Below, in pieces: positions 12,273-25,383 of a stretch of DNA of 64,000 nt. Every line of letters starts with the position of its first letter. Positions within the stretch are counted from its first letter, which is position 1. The DNA is taken from contig CM052817.1 of assembly GCA_028534125.1 (NCBI GenBank), positions 25,484,001 through 25,548,000 on the forward strand, read 5' to 3'. The translations under genes and the position numbers were made by a program. Under the pieces are notes generated by a model. The model was not told the origin of the DNA, ran no database searches, and worked only from the letters and a program-made list of their open reading frames with translations. Source of the DNA: Lama glama. Lineage: Eukaryota.

Positions 12273-15200
12273 AGGTACTAGTTGAGTAATCCAAAACCAA
12301 CTAAATACTGTTTTTAAAACAATAACAGCCCTCGTCATTAAATTTGTCCCTTTTTTTAAAAAACACACAGGCTTCTGAACAGACACCTTTGTTCAAGTTC
12401 CTGCTTTGTTCCTTACCATTCTGAACATCTGGGAAGCTTCTAAACCTCTTTGAAAAAACCAAAGCAGTTCATATCTACCTGATAAGGTTTCAGAATTAAA
12501 CAAAATCGTGATCAGTGCAATGTAGTACTTTGCCCAATAGCCCATAATGTAATTCACTACATTACTATCTGTGCTTTCAGAATAAGGAGAACAGGCAAAC
12601 GAAATGAAGAAAGAGACCCCAGAGTTGTTGGGGTTACAGGAAAAGGACATTCTCCCCTCCTGTGAATGGAGGATGGATGAAGATCTTTTAGAAAATAACC
12701 TAATAGTGTTTATCAAAATTTAATATATACATATGTAATTTCCAGGAACCTGTTGCAAGTGAATCTAAACTAATTTGACTAGGCAACAACTGTCAGATTC
12801 TCCTGGTAAAATTCATTTGACTCCAGTGAATAGAGGCAGATGACATAACTTTAATATTTGACCACTTAAACTGTGGGCTTCTAATTAGGGTGCTTCAGAT
12901 ACCAACAGCCGTGGGGGGTAGATGGGAGATAAGCTATCATATACACCACTGATGCTCACCCGGATGTGTGGAACCGGCCTCTGCACTCCAAGCTACTTCC
13001 TAACGCACCTTCCTGCAGTGCTTACTACAGAGCCTGGAAAACGAACGTTACATTTCCCATGCTCTCTTGCAGCTGAGATTCGGGATGAGAATTAGGTCTC
13101 ACAAAAGGCATGTCAGATGTGGTTCAAAATAGCACCCCCCCCCCTTTCCTTAACTGATAAATGCTAAGCTGGAGTGCATACTTGGTGTATGGTTCCAATG
13201 GGCTAAGTCCAGGATTGGGTTAACTTACCTGTGCCATTGGGGCAACATACGTCTGGAGTGGCTTTCCCATGCTGGGGGGGGGGGGCTGGTAAAACTTAGG
13301 GCAGAGGAGAATGTGTGTTTCTTGCAGGCAGCTCAGTCTCAGGAGGGAGAGAGGGAAACCCGAGCTGAGCATGCCCAGTAGTGTTCTCGAATCCACCAGC
13401 TAGGCCAAGCCACCCCCTTCCTCCCCCAGCCACTGCAGAAAGTGAGAGGAAGGGAGGGGAAGAGGACGCCACAATGCCGCGTGGAGGAGAGACATCAGGG
13501 AGGGTAAGAAGGGTCCACTTTTAACAGTTACCTATTGGCAAAAGTCATGACAAGGGGCTAAGACAACCGTCACAGTTACTCCATCTACTCCCATCGTTTA
13601 AAATTAATTTTTATAAAGAGCAACTTACATAGTTAAAAAGGAAAGAAAAAAGGGTATGAAAGTAAAAGTCATGTGACTTCCACTTCCATGCAGAGTAGAG
13701 TAGCCTACAGCAAACCAAAGCTGCTGCCAGGAAAAACTGGAAAATCTAGATACTGTTAAAAACAAAAAAATCTTTCAACAGCATCTGAGGCTGGATGCAG
13801 CAATAAGGCTTGGGCAGTGCTGACTCTGGAGATGGGAGCACTGCAGCGAGGCGCACTGCTAACCAGCAGCCACTTTCCCCAGGGGCCCCACATCCCACAA
13901 GCTGCAGAGGAAGAGTCACTTCCTAGAGAAGGAGGACCCTGTCTAAAGCAGCTCTCCTTTATTCTCTGCCACAGCGGTCTCACGGCGTGCACTGCAATTT
14001 GTGATTAAATGTGGATTTAATTGTGCTTTTATCTGCCTCTACTTTTAGACTGTAAACTTCTTGCAGGCAGGAGTCAGCCTGTCTTGTTCACTGTTGTATT
14101 TCTGGCTTCCAGTACAGTGCGTGGTACACAGTAAATGTTTAGTTGAATACACTGAATTCAGCTAGGTTGAGTTGAGTTGAGTTAAATTGAACTGAATTGA
14201 ATCAAACTAAACTGAAACCATGAATGCTTTCTGGCTCTTTCAGATTTCCTGGATTCCAGAGGTACCTTTCCCCCAAACCTGGAGGCCCTATTCTTAGAAG
14301 ACTTTGTCAGTAAGGTCAAATCCAAGCTCCTTTCCGATTAGAACTGCATCCTCTGGGTCCTGCTCTAATATACCTCTAGGGCTTGAAAATGAATGGGGTC
14401 AGGAACCTTGTCATCAACCTTCTCAATTCCCAGTCCACATCCATGTCCCTAGGGCCCCAGGCCCATCTCTCCCTAACCACACAAAGTCCTAAGGCTCTAA
14501 CAGGAGAAGTCTAAGACCTTCCCTGGATTCTAAACCTGAAGACTCCAAACCAGACTTGTCCACCTTTGGTCCCATTCTCCCCATCTCCCCCACTCTCATG
14601 AGCCCTGGGCTCCCACCCGCTCTGCAAGCCCCTCAAAGCTCCCACCCGCTCTGCGAGCCCCTTAAAGATCCCACCCCGAGAGAGCCATCCCTGTGAGTGA
14701 GGCTGCTGATAGGAAAAAACTCCACGGTACCTGTGCAAGTCCTCAATCTTGGTTACTTTAAAAGCATGCTTCTAAGTGTGGCTTAGACATTCTTGAAACT
14801 CGATTCCTGTGCATCTGAAGTCCTCCTTTCTTTTCCTTTCCAGGTATAAAGAATCACGGCTGAAGCCAAGGAGACTGGGTTCTACCCTTGGTTCTGCTGC
14901 TGTGTGACCTGTATTACCTGTTTTCTAATGGGACCCGACCCCATTTGCCTTGGGGTTTGGTGCTCTGAGGTTCCTAGTAGGGAATTTTATTTCCTTTGAG
15001 TACCTTGAGGCTGTCAGCCTCAGGGAAACCAATGTATGGAGCCCACATTTACATGAGACTAGAGTATAAATCCGATGCCACATAATTAAGTTGCAATGAG
15101 AGGCCTGCACACATTGTGCGGCACCCACCCGGGATCAAGTGACCAAGGAACCCAAGCCACTCATGAAAAGGCTATTTTGGTGCCGGCAGAAGGACTGCTG

Positions 15201-16164
15201 GTGCTGTGGGTGGGAGCAGGGGCCCCGGTGCCAGCGGCTCGTCCCTGGCACCTGAGGAGCTCTCTGAGATATTCACCTTCAATCAGTTACTTAACCTCTC
15301 AAGGCCTCAGATTTGGGAGTTGTTGAGGGGACAGTACATCTGTCTAATCCATAGGTTTATTGTGAGGATTAAATGGCCCATCCAACGTCAAATGCTTAGA
15401 GCAGCCCCAGAGGAAACCTCTGTAACTGCTAACATGACCAGTTCACGCAGGTGTGGAGAGTCCAAAAAAGGCTTCTCTGGCCCAGGCAGCTCACACTTCT
15501 CCTGACGGGAAGGAACCTGGGCCCTCCTGGGGGCTGGGTAAACACTACAGGAGTGGGCTTGAACGCCTCCCTTCTAGGACACCGTGCTGGCTGCACACTT
15601 CCATTGTCACGTCAAAGCTTTGAACACCCAGATCAATTTAGTTGATTAGGTCAAACCAGTCTTTGTTTACATTTAGTTCCAGGTTATACTCTGTGGCACC
15701 TGGAGTCCGGGCCTGGGTTTGCTTCATCTTGAAATCCCCACTGTTTCACAGAATGCCTGTAGGGTATTCCACAAATATCTGTTTCATAGACGCATGGATT
15801 TGATCTTGGTGTTTCACATTTCACCCTGGGCAGCAACCTACAGCACATCTTGGGGGTGGGTAACCCCTGTAGAGACCTCATTCATCAATGACTTTCTTCT
15901 CAGTTTCTCAGTAAGTGACATATTTCTTGATCTCTTTTGCAAAATCTGGGAGCAGTTTCCCAAAACTCACTACTTAGCACAGACCCATGCCCAGAGGGGT
16001 GTGTACACTATAGAGGTCTTTCCTCAAACCCTTATCAAATTTTTCTAGTCTTTCAAGGATAAACTGATAACTGAGGAAGAAATGATTGACACCTCTCCCA
16101 GTTTCTTCCTTTCTCTTTAACAATCCACTTCATTTTTTTTAATATTGGAAATCTTCCAACTTTT

Positions 16165-16345
16165 CTTTTTAGTTTTTTAATACAATTTTTAAAGGTTACA
16201 CTCCGCTTACAGGTATTACAAGATACTGGCTATAGTCCTGGAGTTGTGCAATACATCCCTGAAGCCTGCCTTACACCCAGTAGTTTGTACCTCCCCCTCC
16301 CTCTCCCCATTGGTCACCACTAGTTTGTTCTCTGCTTCTGTGACT
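16165..16345 (-). mobile_element. L1 3'-end fragment
   Basis: ttttaaaggttacactcc...cagtagtttgtacctc...ggtcaccactagtttgttctct. Confidence 0.75.
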
Positions 16346-19300
16346 CTTAACTCTCCGCTTTAAACCTCGACCTAGAAATGGGAATTTCAAGTAAAGTAGG
16401 GGTAGATGGTTTAGTTAAGTCCCTCAAAAGAGATGAGGAAGCTCAAGAAATTCTCCAAATGGTGCTGCAAGCAGAGAGAGTCATTGGACTTACAAAGGTG
16501 CTCGATGCCAACGCAGGGGCTCTTTGCTTGCAGACTGGCCCGTGAGCTCCTTGTAGGCAAGGCTAACATTCTGGAGATGGATCCAGGGCCCAGCTCAGTC
16601 CCCGTCAGAAGAGTGCTTCTCTTCTGTGCTTATAAATTGAGTGACTGGAACTTCCAGTGAATTCAATAAGGTCACAGCAGCTCGGCTCATAGGAAGGGGC
16701 TCAACTAATGTTTCTTCGCGTGGAATTAGTAATAAAGGGCAGTTAGGCACAGTGATTTTTGGACCTAGAGTTTGGGATTCAGAAGCAGATAATCCTGGGA
16801 TTGAAACCTAGCTTTGCTTCCTTTGTTTCAGTGTGCCTAAGCCTCTCCTCGGCAGAGGCCCTCTCTCCCAGGCTTGCTACGAGCTGGCATGAAATCACAC
16901 GTGTGAAATCTACAGTAGTGATTGCTAAACCTACTCACATTGCCTGGGGCCAGAAGCTATTCCAGGGCTTTCCACTTGATCCTTGTACAACTGGAGGAGG
17001 AAGGCGCTTTTCTTCCCCAACTCCCTCCTGCGTACTTTATTTACTTGATTGAAAGCCTTCTTATGATCCATCAAATGTTTTATGTTGTTAATCTCAGTTT
17101 TGTTCATACTGATGTCAGTGAGTCAGATTTTGGTTTTCTATGCTCCAGACTCTGCTCCGTTACTGCCTCTGCCAGTTGGTTTACTTTATCTCAGGATCTA
17201 GGTGGGTACTTGCCTCTCAAATCTTATTTTTAATTCCTTCTCTGTCAGTTCTTTTCTGGAGGCTTAGCTTTGCCTACTGATACCTACAGAGAACCAGTAT
17301 CCTCAAGTCACCAAGACAAATCCGCCTTCTCTGACATCGCATGATTTAATTCTCCCTGCCCTTTCCCTGGCTCACCAGGCTCCAGCACCTTGGCCATGGG
17401 GTGGGGTGGGGGCCTTCAGCTCCGCCCTAGAGGAAGGTGCTTTTAACACCCCCACTTCTTAGAGGTGAGGATGTTGAGGAAGAGAAAGGTAAGTAAAGTC
17501 CCCAGGGTCACTCAGCTAGTGAGTGGTGATACAAGGCTCACACCCAGCCCGTGACATTGGCAATCAAGGGGGAGCTGCAGGGTGCCACGTGCTGCTAGAA
17601 GAGTCTCGGTAAAGATATGCTATTATTATCGCCGTTGCTGTTGTTGTGTCTGAGGAGCAGAGAACCTGCGTTCCCACAAACGCTCCACGCCGAGCAGGGA
17701 CGCTGGGGCCTCCACGTTCAGACCTGGGCTGTCCTGGCTTGTTTCTGGGCTGCTGTCTCCAAGGCCTGGCCCGGGCAGCCACACCCTGCGTTCTCACCAC
17801 ACCCTGGTACTGTGCTGTCGCCACCCCAGAAGTTCTGGCCACACCCTGCCTGCTCCCGGAAGGTAAACAGGCCTGCTGGAGAAGGGCTGCATTGTTGTGC
17901 CTGCGGTCTTGGCCCTGGAGGCCGGGTGCTTTGGCTTATAAATGCCACAAACCAATAAGCAGTAAAAGTCATTATTCAGGCCCTCTTGAACTTCCACTGA
18001 CCTCAACTCCAAGCCAGTTAGTCACGAGGACAAAGTCCCAGGAACCCGACTCCAGGATAGAAAACTTCTGCGTGGCCTCTAGTTAATTACCTTGAAGGAT
18101 GGGGTTTGCAGTTTGGAGGAGATGAGCGGGGCGTGATGTTCTCGGGGGAAGACAGGAAGCTTACCAGTGTCACCCAGAGCAGAAGAACCTACCCTGGTCC
18201 CCATAATCAAGTTTGCGGTAGTGAAGGAGAGTGAGTCCTTTCTCACAGACTGCTGCCTGCATGAGTGGGTTTAATTACAACAGCTAAGATTTACTGAGGG
18301 CTTCCTGTGCACCGAGCCCGGTGTTTAATTTTTACCTGCCTTAATTCATTGGAGATGCTCAACGACCCTATGAGGTGGATTTTATTATCTTCACTTCACA
18401 TATAAGAACACCATGGTACAGAGAGAAGGTAAATAAACTGCCCGAGGGCTGCTCAGCAGATCTAGAATTTGAACCTAGGCAGATCTATAATCTCCCCTAG
18501 CCCTTCCCTGGAGGCTAGCGGTGGGGTGTCTCTCTCTCTCTCTGTTTTCCCTCTCTTTCAATTTGAAATCAGATTTCTTCTACCAAAGTGTGTGTAGAAA
18601 AAGGACCATTTGGAGGGGCTGATGAGGGACTCTGGAAGCCTGATGGAGCCCCTCAGGGCAGCTGGGGAATTTGTAGGATGTCGGAGAAACTTGCATTCCC
18701 AGAGCAGTCAACTCTATTGCTGCCACTAGACTGAGGCCCCCATTTCAGGTGCGGCTCCCCACCGGGTCTTTACTGCAGAGGATTGCAAGGGCAGAGGGAG
18801 CGTCTGTGAGGGGGACAGATCCTTTACAGCATAATAGCCCTTATTTGCTTCCCAACACTGTGAAAGGTACAAATTCTGCCGAACCTGGTCTCCTGATGTT
18901 TCTGTCTATGGTGCAGGTTGAAGTCTGGCTTTCTGGGGTAGCTCCTCTGAGCTAATTTCCTGCAAAGGGTGTGACAAAGGTCACTCGAGAGAGAAAACAC
19001 CTGGGTGCAAGTTCCAAAGGGGACAACGCCGTGAGCACAGCATGGTACCCTCACCTGACGGCCAGGCAGGAGGACCAGTGTGGTCAAGCCCACCCCGAGA
19101 GCGGTGACTAGTTTTCTGAGTGTGTTGAGAAAAAAATCGCTGTCTCTGATGTCTTTGTGGTCTATCATCTAGCAGCAGATGGTTATCCATGCCTGTTGCA
19201 GGTCCTCTGAGAAACATCCTGGATCGCCTTTGATTGTTTCCATGTATTGGATCCTTGCTTGGATTCGTGAGCTATAACCATATCAAGAATGATGGACAAA

Positions 19301-19400
19301 ATTTAAGACCAGGGCTTCTCCTGATAAGGGTCAGGAGTTGTGGTTCTCAATAGCTGAGGCATCAGTCTTGATGGGGGAACCCAGAAAATGTGTACTGTGG

Positions 19401-19414
19401 GCGCCTCCTGCTGG
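19401..19414 (-). promoter_or_regulatory. Candidate CTCF site
   Basis: Minus strand CCAGCAGGAGGCGC is one mismatch from the CCAGCAGGGGGCGC core. Motif match only. Confidence 0.4.
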
Positions 19415-19547
19415 AAAGGGTGACCCAGAAACCTGGGGCCTCAAGGTCAAAGTCTTCTTTGGGCTCTTGGAAACACCCCTGCTCCCCTCAGCTAGATGGC
19501 TCTTCTTGTCCTGCCAGGACTGAACTGAGTAAGAGCAGTGAAAGACA

Positions 19548-19790
19548 GCACGGCTTAGTGACCAGCAGGGTGGATTCCAGAGCTGGACGGGCTGACTGGG
19601 TTTGAATCCTGTTTCTGCCACTGCCGTGTGACTTTGTGCCTTACTTCCCTCGTCTGTAAAATCAGGATGATAATACTAGAACTTACCTCACAGGACAGTC
19701 ACAAGACATAAATGAAGTAATATAGCAAACACTGAAACATGAATGAGGTAATTTGTGTAAATGGCGATTATAATTGTGCATTATATACAG
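19548..19790 (+). mobile_element. MIR SINE
   Basis: ctgggtttgaatcctgtttctgccact...ctcgtctgtaaaatcaggatgataatactagaacttacctcacagg. Confidence 0.8.
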
Positions 19791-21408
19791 GTTGATTGTT
19801 GCTCTTATAAATGCTATCATCATTATTCTCATGGTTACTATTAACAAAAGAAAACTTCCTTCCTCTTTCTCAAACCTAAGGGTCCCTCTCGTGGCCGTCA
19901 AGAATTCTAACAATTTGGGAATCATTAACAGGGAGATACCACAGAGAGAGAGCTCAGTGGAGACAATTATACATATAAAACACATCTCCCATCCCACCCC
20001 TTAGTCAATAGTCCATTACTGTCGGCTGTTAGTAATTCAAACCTTGGCATGTGTCACAGGACATGTTATTCTAGACACGAAAGGAAGGGAAGAAATCATT
20101 AACACTTTTCCAGTAAGAAAGCTTTCTCAAAGGAAAAGGTAGACTAACTTTTGTATGAGCCAAGCACTTCCAAAGCTGGTTGGTTCTGCTGGCTTTCTTT
20201 GGCTAGCAAAGTAAGCTGGAGGCTGCCTTTTATTTCTGATTTTGGGGGAATTTAATGAAGTTTAGTGTCTTAGGTAGCAATAGGTAACCCCAACTGAGCA
20301 ATTTGTTTTCTTGGAAATTTGGAGATTATACATATGTATATTCACATAGGTAAATACGCATTGTGTGTGTGTATGTATACAAACATGCATACCTATCCAT
20401 TGCACTTTAAGGCTCTTGCAAATACACGCATATATTGTGAAGATTTTAATGATTATACATACCATGTACATACAGAATGCTTTAAAGATGTTGATGCCTC
20501 TTTGGATGCAATGTTGATGGTCATGGGGTGGGAGGGAGGTCTGAAAACATTTTCAATAGTTGTAGGGCTACAGAGAGCACTATATTCTTAAGTTTGGAAT
20601 CAGGCAGGGCAGGGCTTAGGAAGGGAGTGGTGGTGGTGGTGACAACAGCGCATCTCAGTGATGCAGCTGGTAAGTGGAAGCCTCTAGTAGCTTGATTTCA
20701 GGGGTAGCTGGTAGCTGTGGTAGAAAGACCTTTCCCATTGCTTTGTCTGGAAGAGCTTGTGCTTGACGTCACTACTTGTGGGACGCCTTTCCTGACCTCA
20801 GCGCCTGAACCGCGTGCCTTCTCTGAGCTCTACAGCACCTGGTCCTGGCTGTAGCACTCATCACTCTCATGGGCGTGAGGACACGCATTTCCTTCTCACT
20901 TCTGTATCTCCAGCACGCAGTTGGCATGCAATAAATATTTGTTGTTTGGATGAATGGATAAGCAGACAGATGAACGCGTGCATGAGTGGACAAACAAATG
21001 AATGAATGAGTACATGAATAAGAGACACTGAGGCCTGTGAGCCCAGGACTGAGAGTTATTCCTACAGGAGAGGTCCAGAGAGGGGGAGCCAGAGCCTGGG
21101 ATTTAATGTCTGCTGGGGTTTGCCTCCCAGGAGAAAGAAGGACCAGTGGCCACAGCATCTTAGCACAGCCTAAGGACATAATTTAGTGTTCTGAGTCGGG
21201 AAGGCTTTTTTCTGAGACTGAGGAATCTCCTAGCTGACAACATATTCTTCAACATAGCCAGAGCCACGCAGGAAGTCATTTTTGGTGACGTCACCCTGTG
21301 GCAGTTTAAATAAAACACAATACTATCAACATCTAGAATCTACAACACAATTAGAGTATTTTCATATACCCTCTATAATTCAAACCTTATGTCAGCCTTG
21401 TGAAGTAG

Positions 21409-21603
21409 TGTGTGGTCAGGCCACCCTTGCTCTCTGTACATCCCCTGCTTGAGCAGTCCCTGCTCCACCTCCACCACACTCTACTCACATGACTATCTAA
21501 TTCTCTTAACCATAGGGCTTAATCAGTAACTGCCTACCCCTGCCCCAGCTGCTGGTTTCCCTGGTAACTGATGAGCCAGCTTGACATTAATTCCCCCCTG
21601 ATA
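21409..21603 (+). repeat. 5' LTR (3'-truncated)
   Basis: Aligns with 23631-23825 (cagtccctgct, ctactcac.tgactatc, agggcttaatcagtaact, gctggtttccctgg); similarity stops near the TATA-like motif. Confidence 0.85.
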
Positions 21604-21960
21604 CGGTGAGCCAGCCAGGAGAGTAAGGAAGCTCCTGCCAGCAGGGAGTTATGGGGAAATAAGGATGGAGAATGAAAAATTGGGGGGAAGGGACAGTAAT
21701 GCCAAGAGCTACAGGGAAACTATTTGGATGGCTACCTACTAGCATATAGGTACTATGGTGTCTGTCCTTGATGAATGGGGGCCAGCAGGAGAGTCTAGAT
21801 GGTCATAGCCCATTCAAACTGAGACCCCAGGGTATGGGAACCTACACAGAGCGCTGATTAAAAAGAGGAAGAAGAGTGGGACAAGGTCATAGACGTCCCT
21901 TTCCCATAGGATATAGGTGAAGAGCAGCTCCCTCCTTGAGAGCAGAGGCAGCCAACCGCT

Positions 21961-22200
21961 GTGACAGATGTCTTTCTCTTCCATTATATTGATGATATTC
22001 TGTTAACCTCAGAGTCTCTTTCCAGTTTAGAAGTAGCAGCCCTGTTGCTCACAGCTCATCTAAGTGCATGGGGATGGCTGATAAATACAGACAAAATGCA
22101 AGGACCTGAGCTACCCATCAAATACTTGGGTGTTATCTGGTCAGGTAAGACAAAAATGGTACCCTCAGCAGTTGTTGACAAAATACAAGCTTACCCCTGA
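21961..22200 (+). pseudogene. pol: Retroviral reverse transcriptase fragment
   Basis: FHYIDDILLTS...GWLINTDKMQGP...IKYLGVIWSG: YxDD motif with a class III-style (ERV-L/S) context. Confidence 0.9.
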
Positions 22201-22439
22201 CCTGCCACCCTTGAACAATTACAAGCACAGGCTTTGGGACAGAGACAGGTTTGTGAATTGGACATGGCCAGTTACCCATAAGGGTTTGGTTGGGGTCTGT
22301 AGCAATGGCAAAATAATTAAAAAGTACCCTTGGGCTTCCGGCCCCTGCTATGGGACAGAGCAGTGATGCAGTGTGATGGAACAGCTGTGTGCAGTCCACA
22401 GTGCATTGTAACAGGTGGAACATTACACAAGGCCTACCC

Positions 22440-22720
22440 AAGTCATCGAGCAATGCAGAAAAGCACTATCATGGGTCTAGGACAGCTGTGTGAGACATAC
22501 GGGACCCCCGAGACATTGACAGTGACCAACGGACTCACTTTACTGGCCATGAAGTTCAAGAATGGCCAATAAAAATGACATACGCTGGCATTTCCACCTG
22601 CTGCCGGGCTAATGGAGAGGACTGAATGGACTACTTAGACATCAGTTGAGACTGAAAAACTGCTTTCCAACATGGGGACCAGGAGGCTAACTCAAGCCCT
22701 ACAAACTATAACTGAACATC
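22440..22720 (+). pseudogene. pol: Frameshifted retroviral integrase core fragment
   Basis: TIMGLGQLCETYGTPET / IDSDQRTHFTGHEVQEW / DIRWHFHL / AGLMER.NGLL pieces correspond to the D,D35E core region. Confidence 0.75.
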
Positions 22721-23256
22721 CCAGGAGTGATTGTCACAGTGCCCACACCATGTTAACCCAGGGACAACTAGTCAACACAAGCCGGGTTCAAGGACCGGTG
22801 CCAACTGTAGGTCAGCACAGAGGACACTAACTCACGTCTGCCCTTGCCACGGGATGGAACCCCCAGGGAACACATTATAAGATGGCCCTGGACTGGCAGG
22901 TAAGTCCACAGTGGTTTGAGTTTGCTGCCCCTTGGAGAATCGGATTAGAAAGGGATTTGCAGATTTCACCTGTCTTCTACCCGGCCCCACCTAAGATTAC
23001 TAAAGTCCTTCATCCGGGCCCCCTAGTGGACAAAGGCGCAATTAGGTTAACCCTGTGGTCTGTAGCACTGCCTCTCCAGTATCCCCTCCGATCGTGGGGA
23101 CTGAGGGTGGACATGTGGTATGGAGCTGCAGGCCAGGACAGAAACCACAGGCAGGGGTGGTATTATCTCAGAATGCTGTTACTGCTTGTATTTTTTCAAA
23201 ATGGTCGTGATCGCTCCTGTGTTGTGCCTGTTAAACATCTCACATTTTGTCCCTAG

Positions 23257-23600
23257 CCTGAGGGGAGGGAATCTGTTAGCAGACTGGGCGACAACAGTGA
23301 CCTCATTGCGAAATGAGTCTGATAGCTGGGTCTGCAGCGAGATGCCGTGGAAAATCAACCCGGCTAATGCCACCCTGTGGGGACCACTGAAGACTCTCAC
23401 CTTCCTCCTGTCCTGCGTGCCAAGCGCCTGGCTCAAACTTTGCCCACCTCTTGGCGAATCCCTGTTTTTATTGTCCTAGGTGTCTTACTCTTGATACTCC
23501 TCAGCTGCTGTTGTCTGTATTGCGTTCGTGGTATTTGGTCACAACGCACCTCTACATACCTGACCCCAGTGATCATGGAAGAGGGGCCGACCAAGGTTGT
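23257..23600 (+). pseudogene. env: Deleted env remnant (SU N-terminus joined to TM anchor)
   Basis: NLLADWATTVTSLRNESDSWVCSEMP (CWVC-like SU start) followed, in another frame, by WRIPVFIVLGVLLLILLSCCCLYCVRG (membrane anchor plus Cys cluster), directly before the PPT and LTR. Confidence 0.65.
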
Positions 23601-23630
23601 AAGGGTCGTGCTGGGTCTGTGGGGATGGAG

Positions 23631-23996
23631 TGTGTGGTCAACATGGCTGTTCTCGCTGTACGTCCCCTGCTCAACCAGTCCCTGCTTCACACACCCTACT
23701 CACGTGACTATCCAATCTTCTTAACCACAGGGCTTAATCAGTAACTCCCAGCACACCTGCCCCGTGCCCCAGGTGCTGGTTTCCCTGGGAACTGAGAAGC
23801 CAGCCTGACATCAATTCACCCTATAAATGGTGGTCTCCACCTCCCCCAGTACCAAGACTGCGGCCGCATCCTGCCTGCTGTCTGCTGCGCACTGTGGGGG
23901 ATCGCTATAGGACTTCTGCCTTGGACTTGTAAGATTCGATAAGTCGTTGACATCATAAGGCTGGGTGATTACAGGCTTGCGGGGTGCAGCCCAACA
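23631..23996 (+). repeat. 3' LTR
   Basis: TG...CA termini, TATAAA at about 23822, preceded by a polypurine tract. Confidence 0.85.
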
Positions 23997-24189
23997 AGTT
24001 GGCGTGATTATCCTACAGATCAGAGAACTGCACCTCAGAGAAGGTGGGTGACCTCCATGAAGTCACACCTCTGGAAAGTAGCAGAATCAGGATCCACCGA
24101 GCTCTGTTGTTTCCAGGATCCCCCGCCGCTATTTGGGAAAACAGGGATGGTGAAGGCAACGGCAAGGGAAGGGAAGGAAATCTACCCAT

Positions 24190-24630
24190 TGGTTAGGGCA
24201 ACCGTCACTGCTATATGCGACTCTGAAATTTGTAATCATTCCAACAATAGAAGTTTGTTCTTCCTCACGTAAAGTCCAAAATCACATAAAAGGCTGCTAA
24301 GCAGATGACTGTCTTCCAAGCAGAGATTCAGGAATCTTCCATCTTGTGATCCCACATATTTCAGTATGTGATTTCAGGCTACCGTGCCCATCTGCCTCAA
24401 GCTGGCAGGAGGGGAAAGAGCATGGAGGGGAGCAGGCTGCATGCGTCCAACTTGGAAGTGGCCTACATCCCTTGCAGTCACAGTCCTTCAGCGAGAACAG
24501 TTACTTCATCGGTACTTAGCAACGGTGAAAGGCTGGACGTGTAGAACAGCTCCGTGCCCAGGAAGAAAAGCAAAGGCATCTGGTAGAGCCAGGCAGTCCC
24601 TGCCACAACCCACCGCCAACAACTAGGAAC
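24190..24630. mobile_element. MaLR LTR relic (MLT1-like)
   Basis: aacaatagaagtttgttcttcctcacgtaaagtcc...agcaacggtgaaaggctggacgtgtag. Confidence 0.5.
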
Positions 24631-25383
24631 ATGAGATTCCAGGACAGAGCAAAAGCGCCAGTCAGACTTGGCCAGGGACGTGAGCCCCCAGGCCAACTTG
24701 CAGGAAGATAAACTTTAGTTGCACCTCAAGCTGCAAATGTGCCCAAAGCCCTTCTATAATGAGCCTTGATTGTTTTATCCATTTGTTTGGGGACATACTT
24801 CCCTCCAACTTCAACCCCGCCAGTACTAGCATCCCTAGACCCATGGCTGGAGTGGGGCACACGCCCCAGTTGGACCCAAGCACATTTCCTCATCCCCTTA
24901 GAATCAGGGCCTGGTTTAGGGAAGGTCATGTGATCCAAGGAGAGCCTTTTGGCCTCATTCCCTAGCCAACTAGGTTCTAAATCCTCTACTTACAAGACTA
25001 CAAGAAGGGAAGTGTGGGTTGCCTGGTATCATGCCTACAGCCTCATGGAGACAGCTGGGGGTGTGAAGGCAGCCCTCGGAAAAGGGCAGAGACAGAGGAA
25101 GAGATTGACTGCTCCAGAGTCCCTGGATCCTTAAGGCTGTTCCTGCCCTGCCATTTCTGTAGTTTGATTGTATAACCCAATACTTTCCCCCTTTGCTTAA
25201 TCTAGTTCAAGTTAAGTCTGTCACTTGCAACTCAGAGTCATGACTTCAGACTTCCAACATGCCAGAAGACATTCCAGAAGGTAGACAAACTCAACAACAA
25301 ATCCTTTTTGCCTATTGCTGTGATCATAGTGAACAAGCATTCACTAGCCCCGTTCATGTGTATTCTTACACACACACTCACAC

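Larger units (their letters stand above)
21409..23996 (+). mobile_element. Internally deleted endogenous retrovirus (class III, ERV-L/ERV-S-like) with two LTRs
   Basis: Direct repeats start tgtgtggtca at 21409 and 23631. A purine-rich tract ggggatggag precedes the 3' LTR, which ends ...gcagcccaaca at 23996. 5-bp TSD AGTAG/AGTTG. Contains an RT YIDD fragment, integrase fragments and env fragments. Confidence 0.9.

Noticed and set aside
14164..14218. Pentamer array (GTTGA/AACTG) as a structured repeat locus
   Set aside because: It is a degenerate simple repeat at the tail of an L2-like fragment, with no spacer structure.
17564..18086. Overlapping 72-146 aa ORFs in a GC-rich stretch
   Set aside because: No domain signature; open frames are expected at this GC content.
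23120..23724. Domesticated (syncytin-like) env gene
   Set aside because: Most of SU and TM is deleted and the remaining pieces are in different frames.
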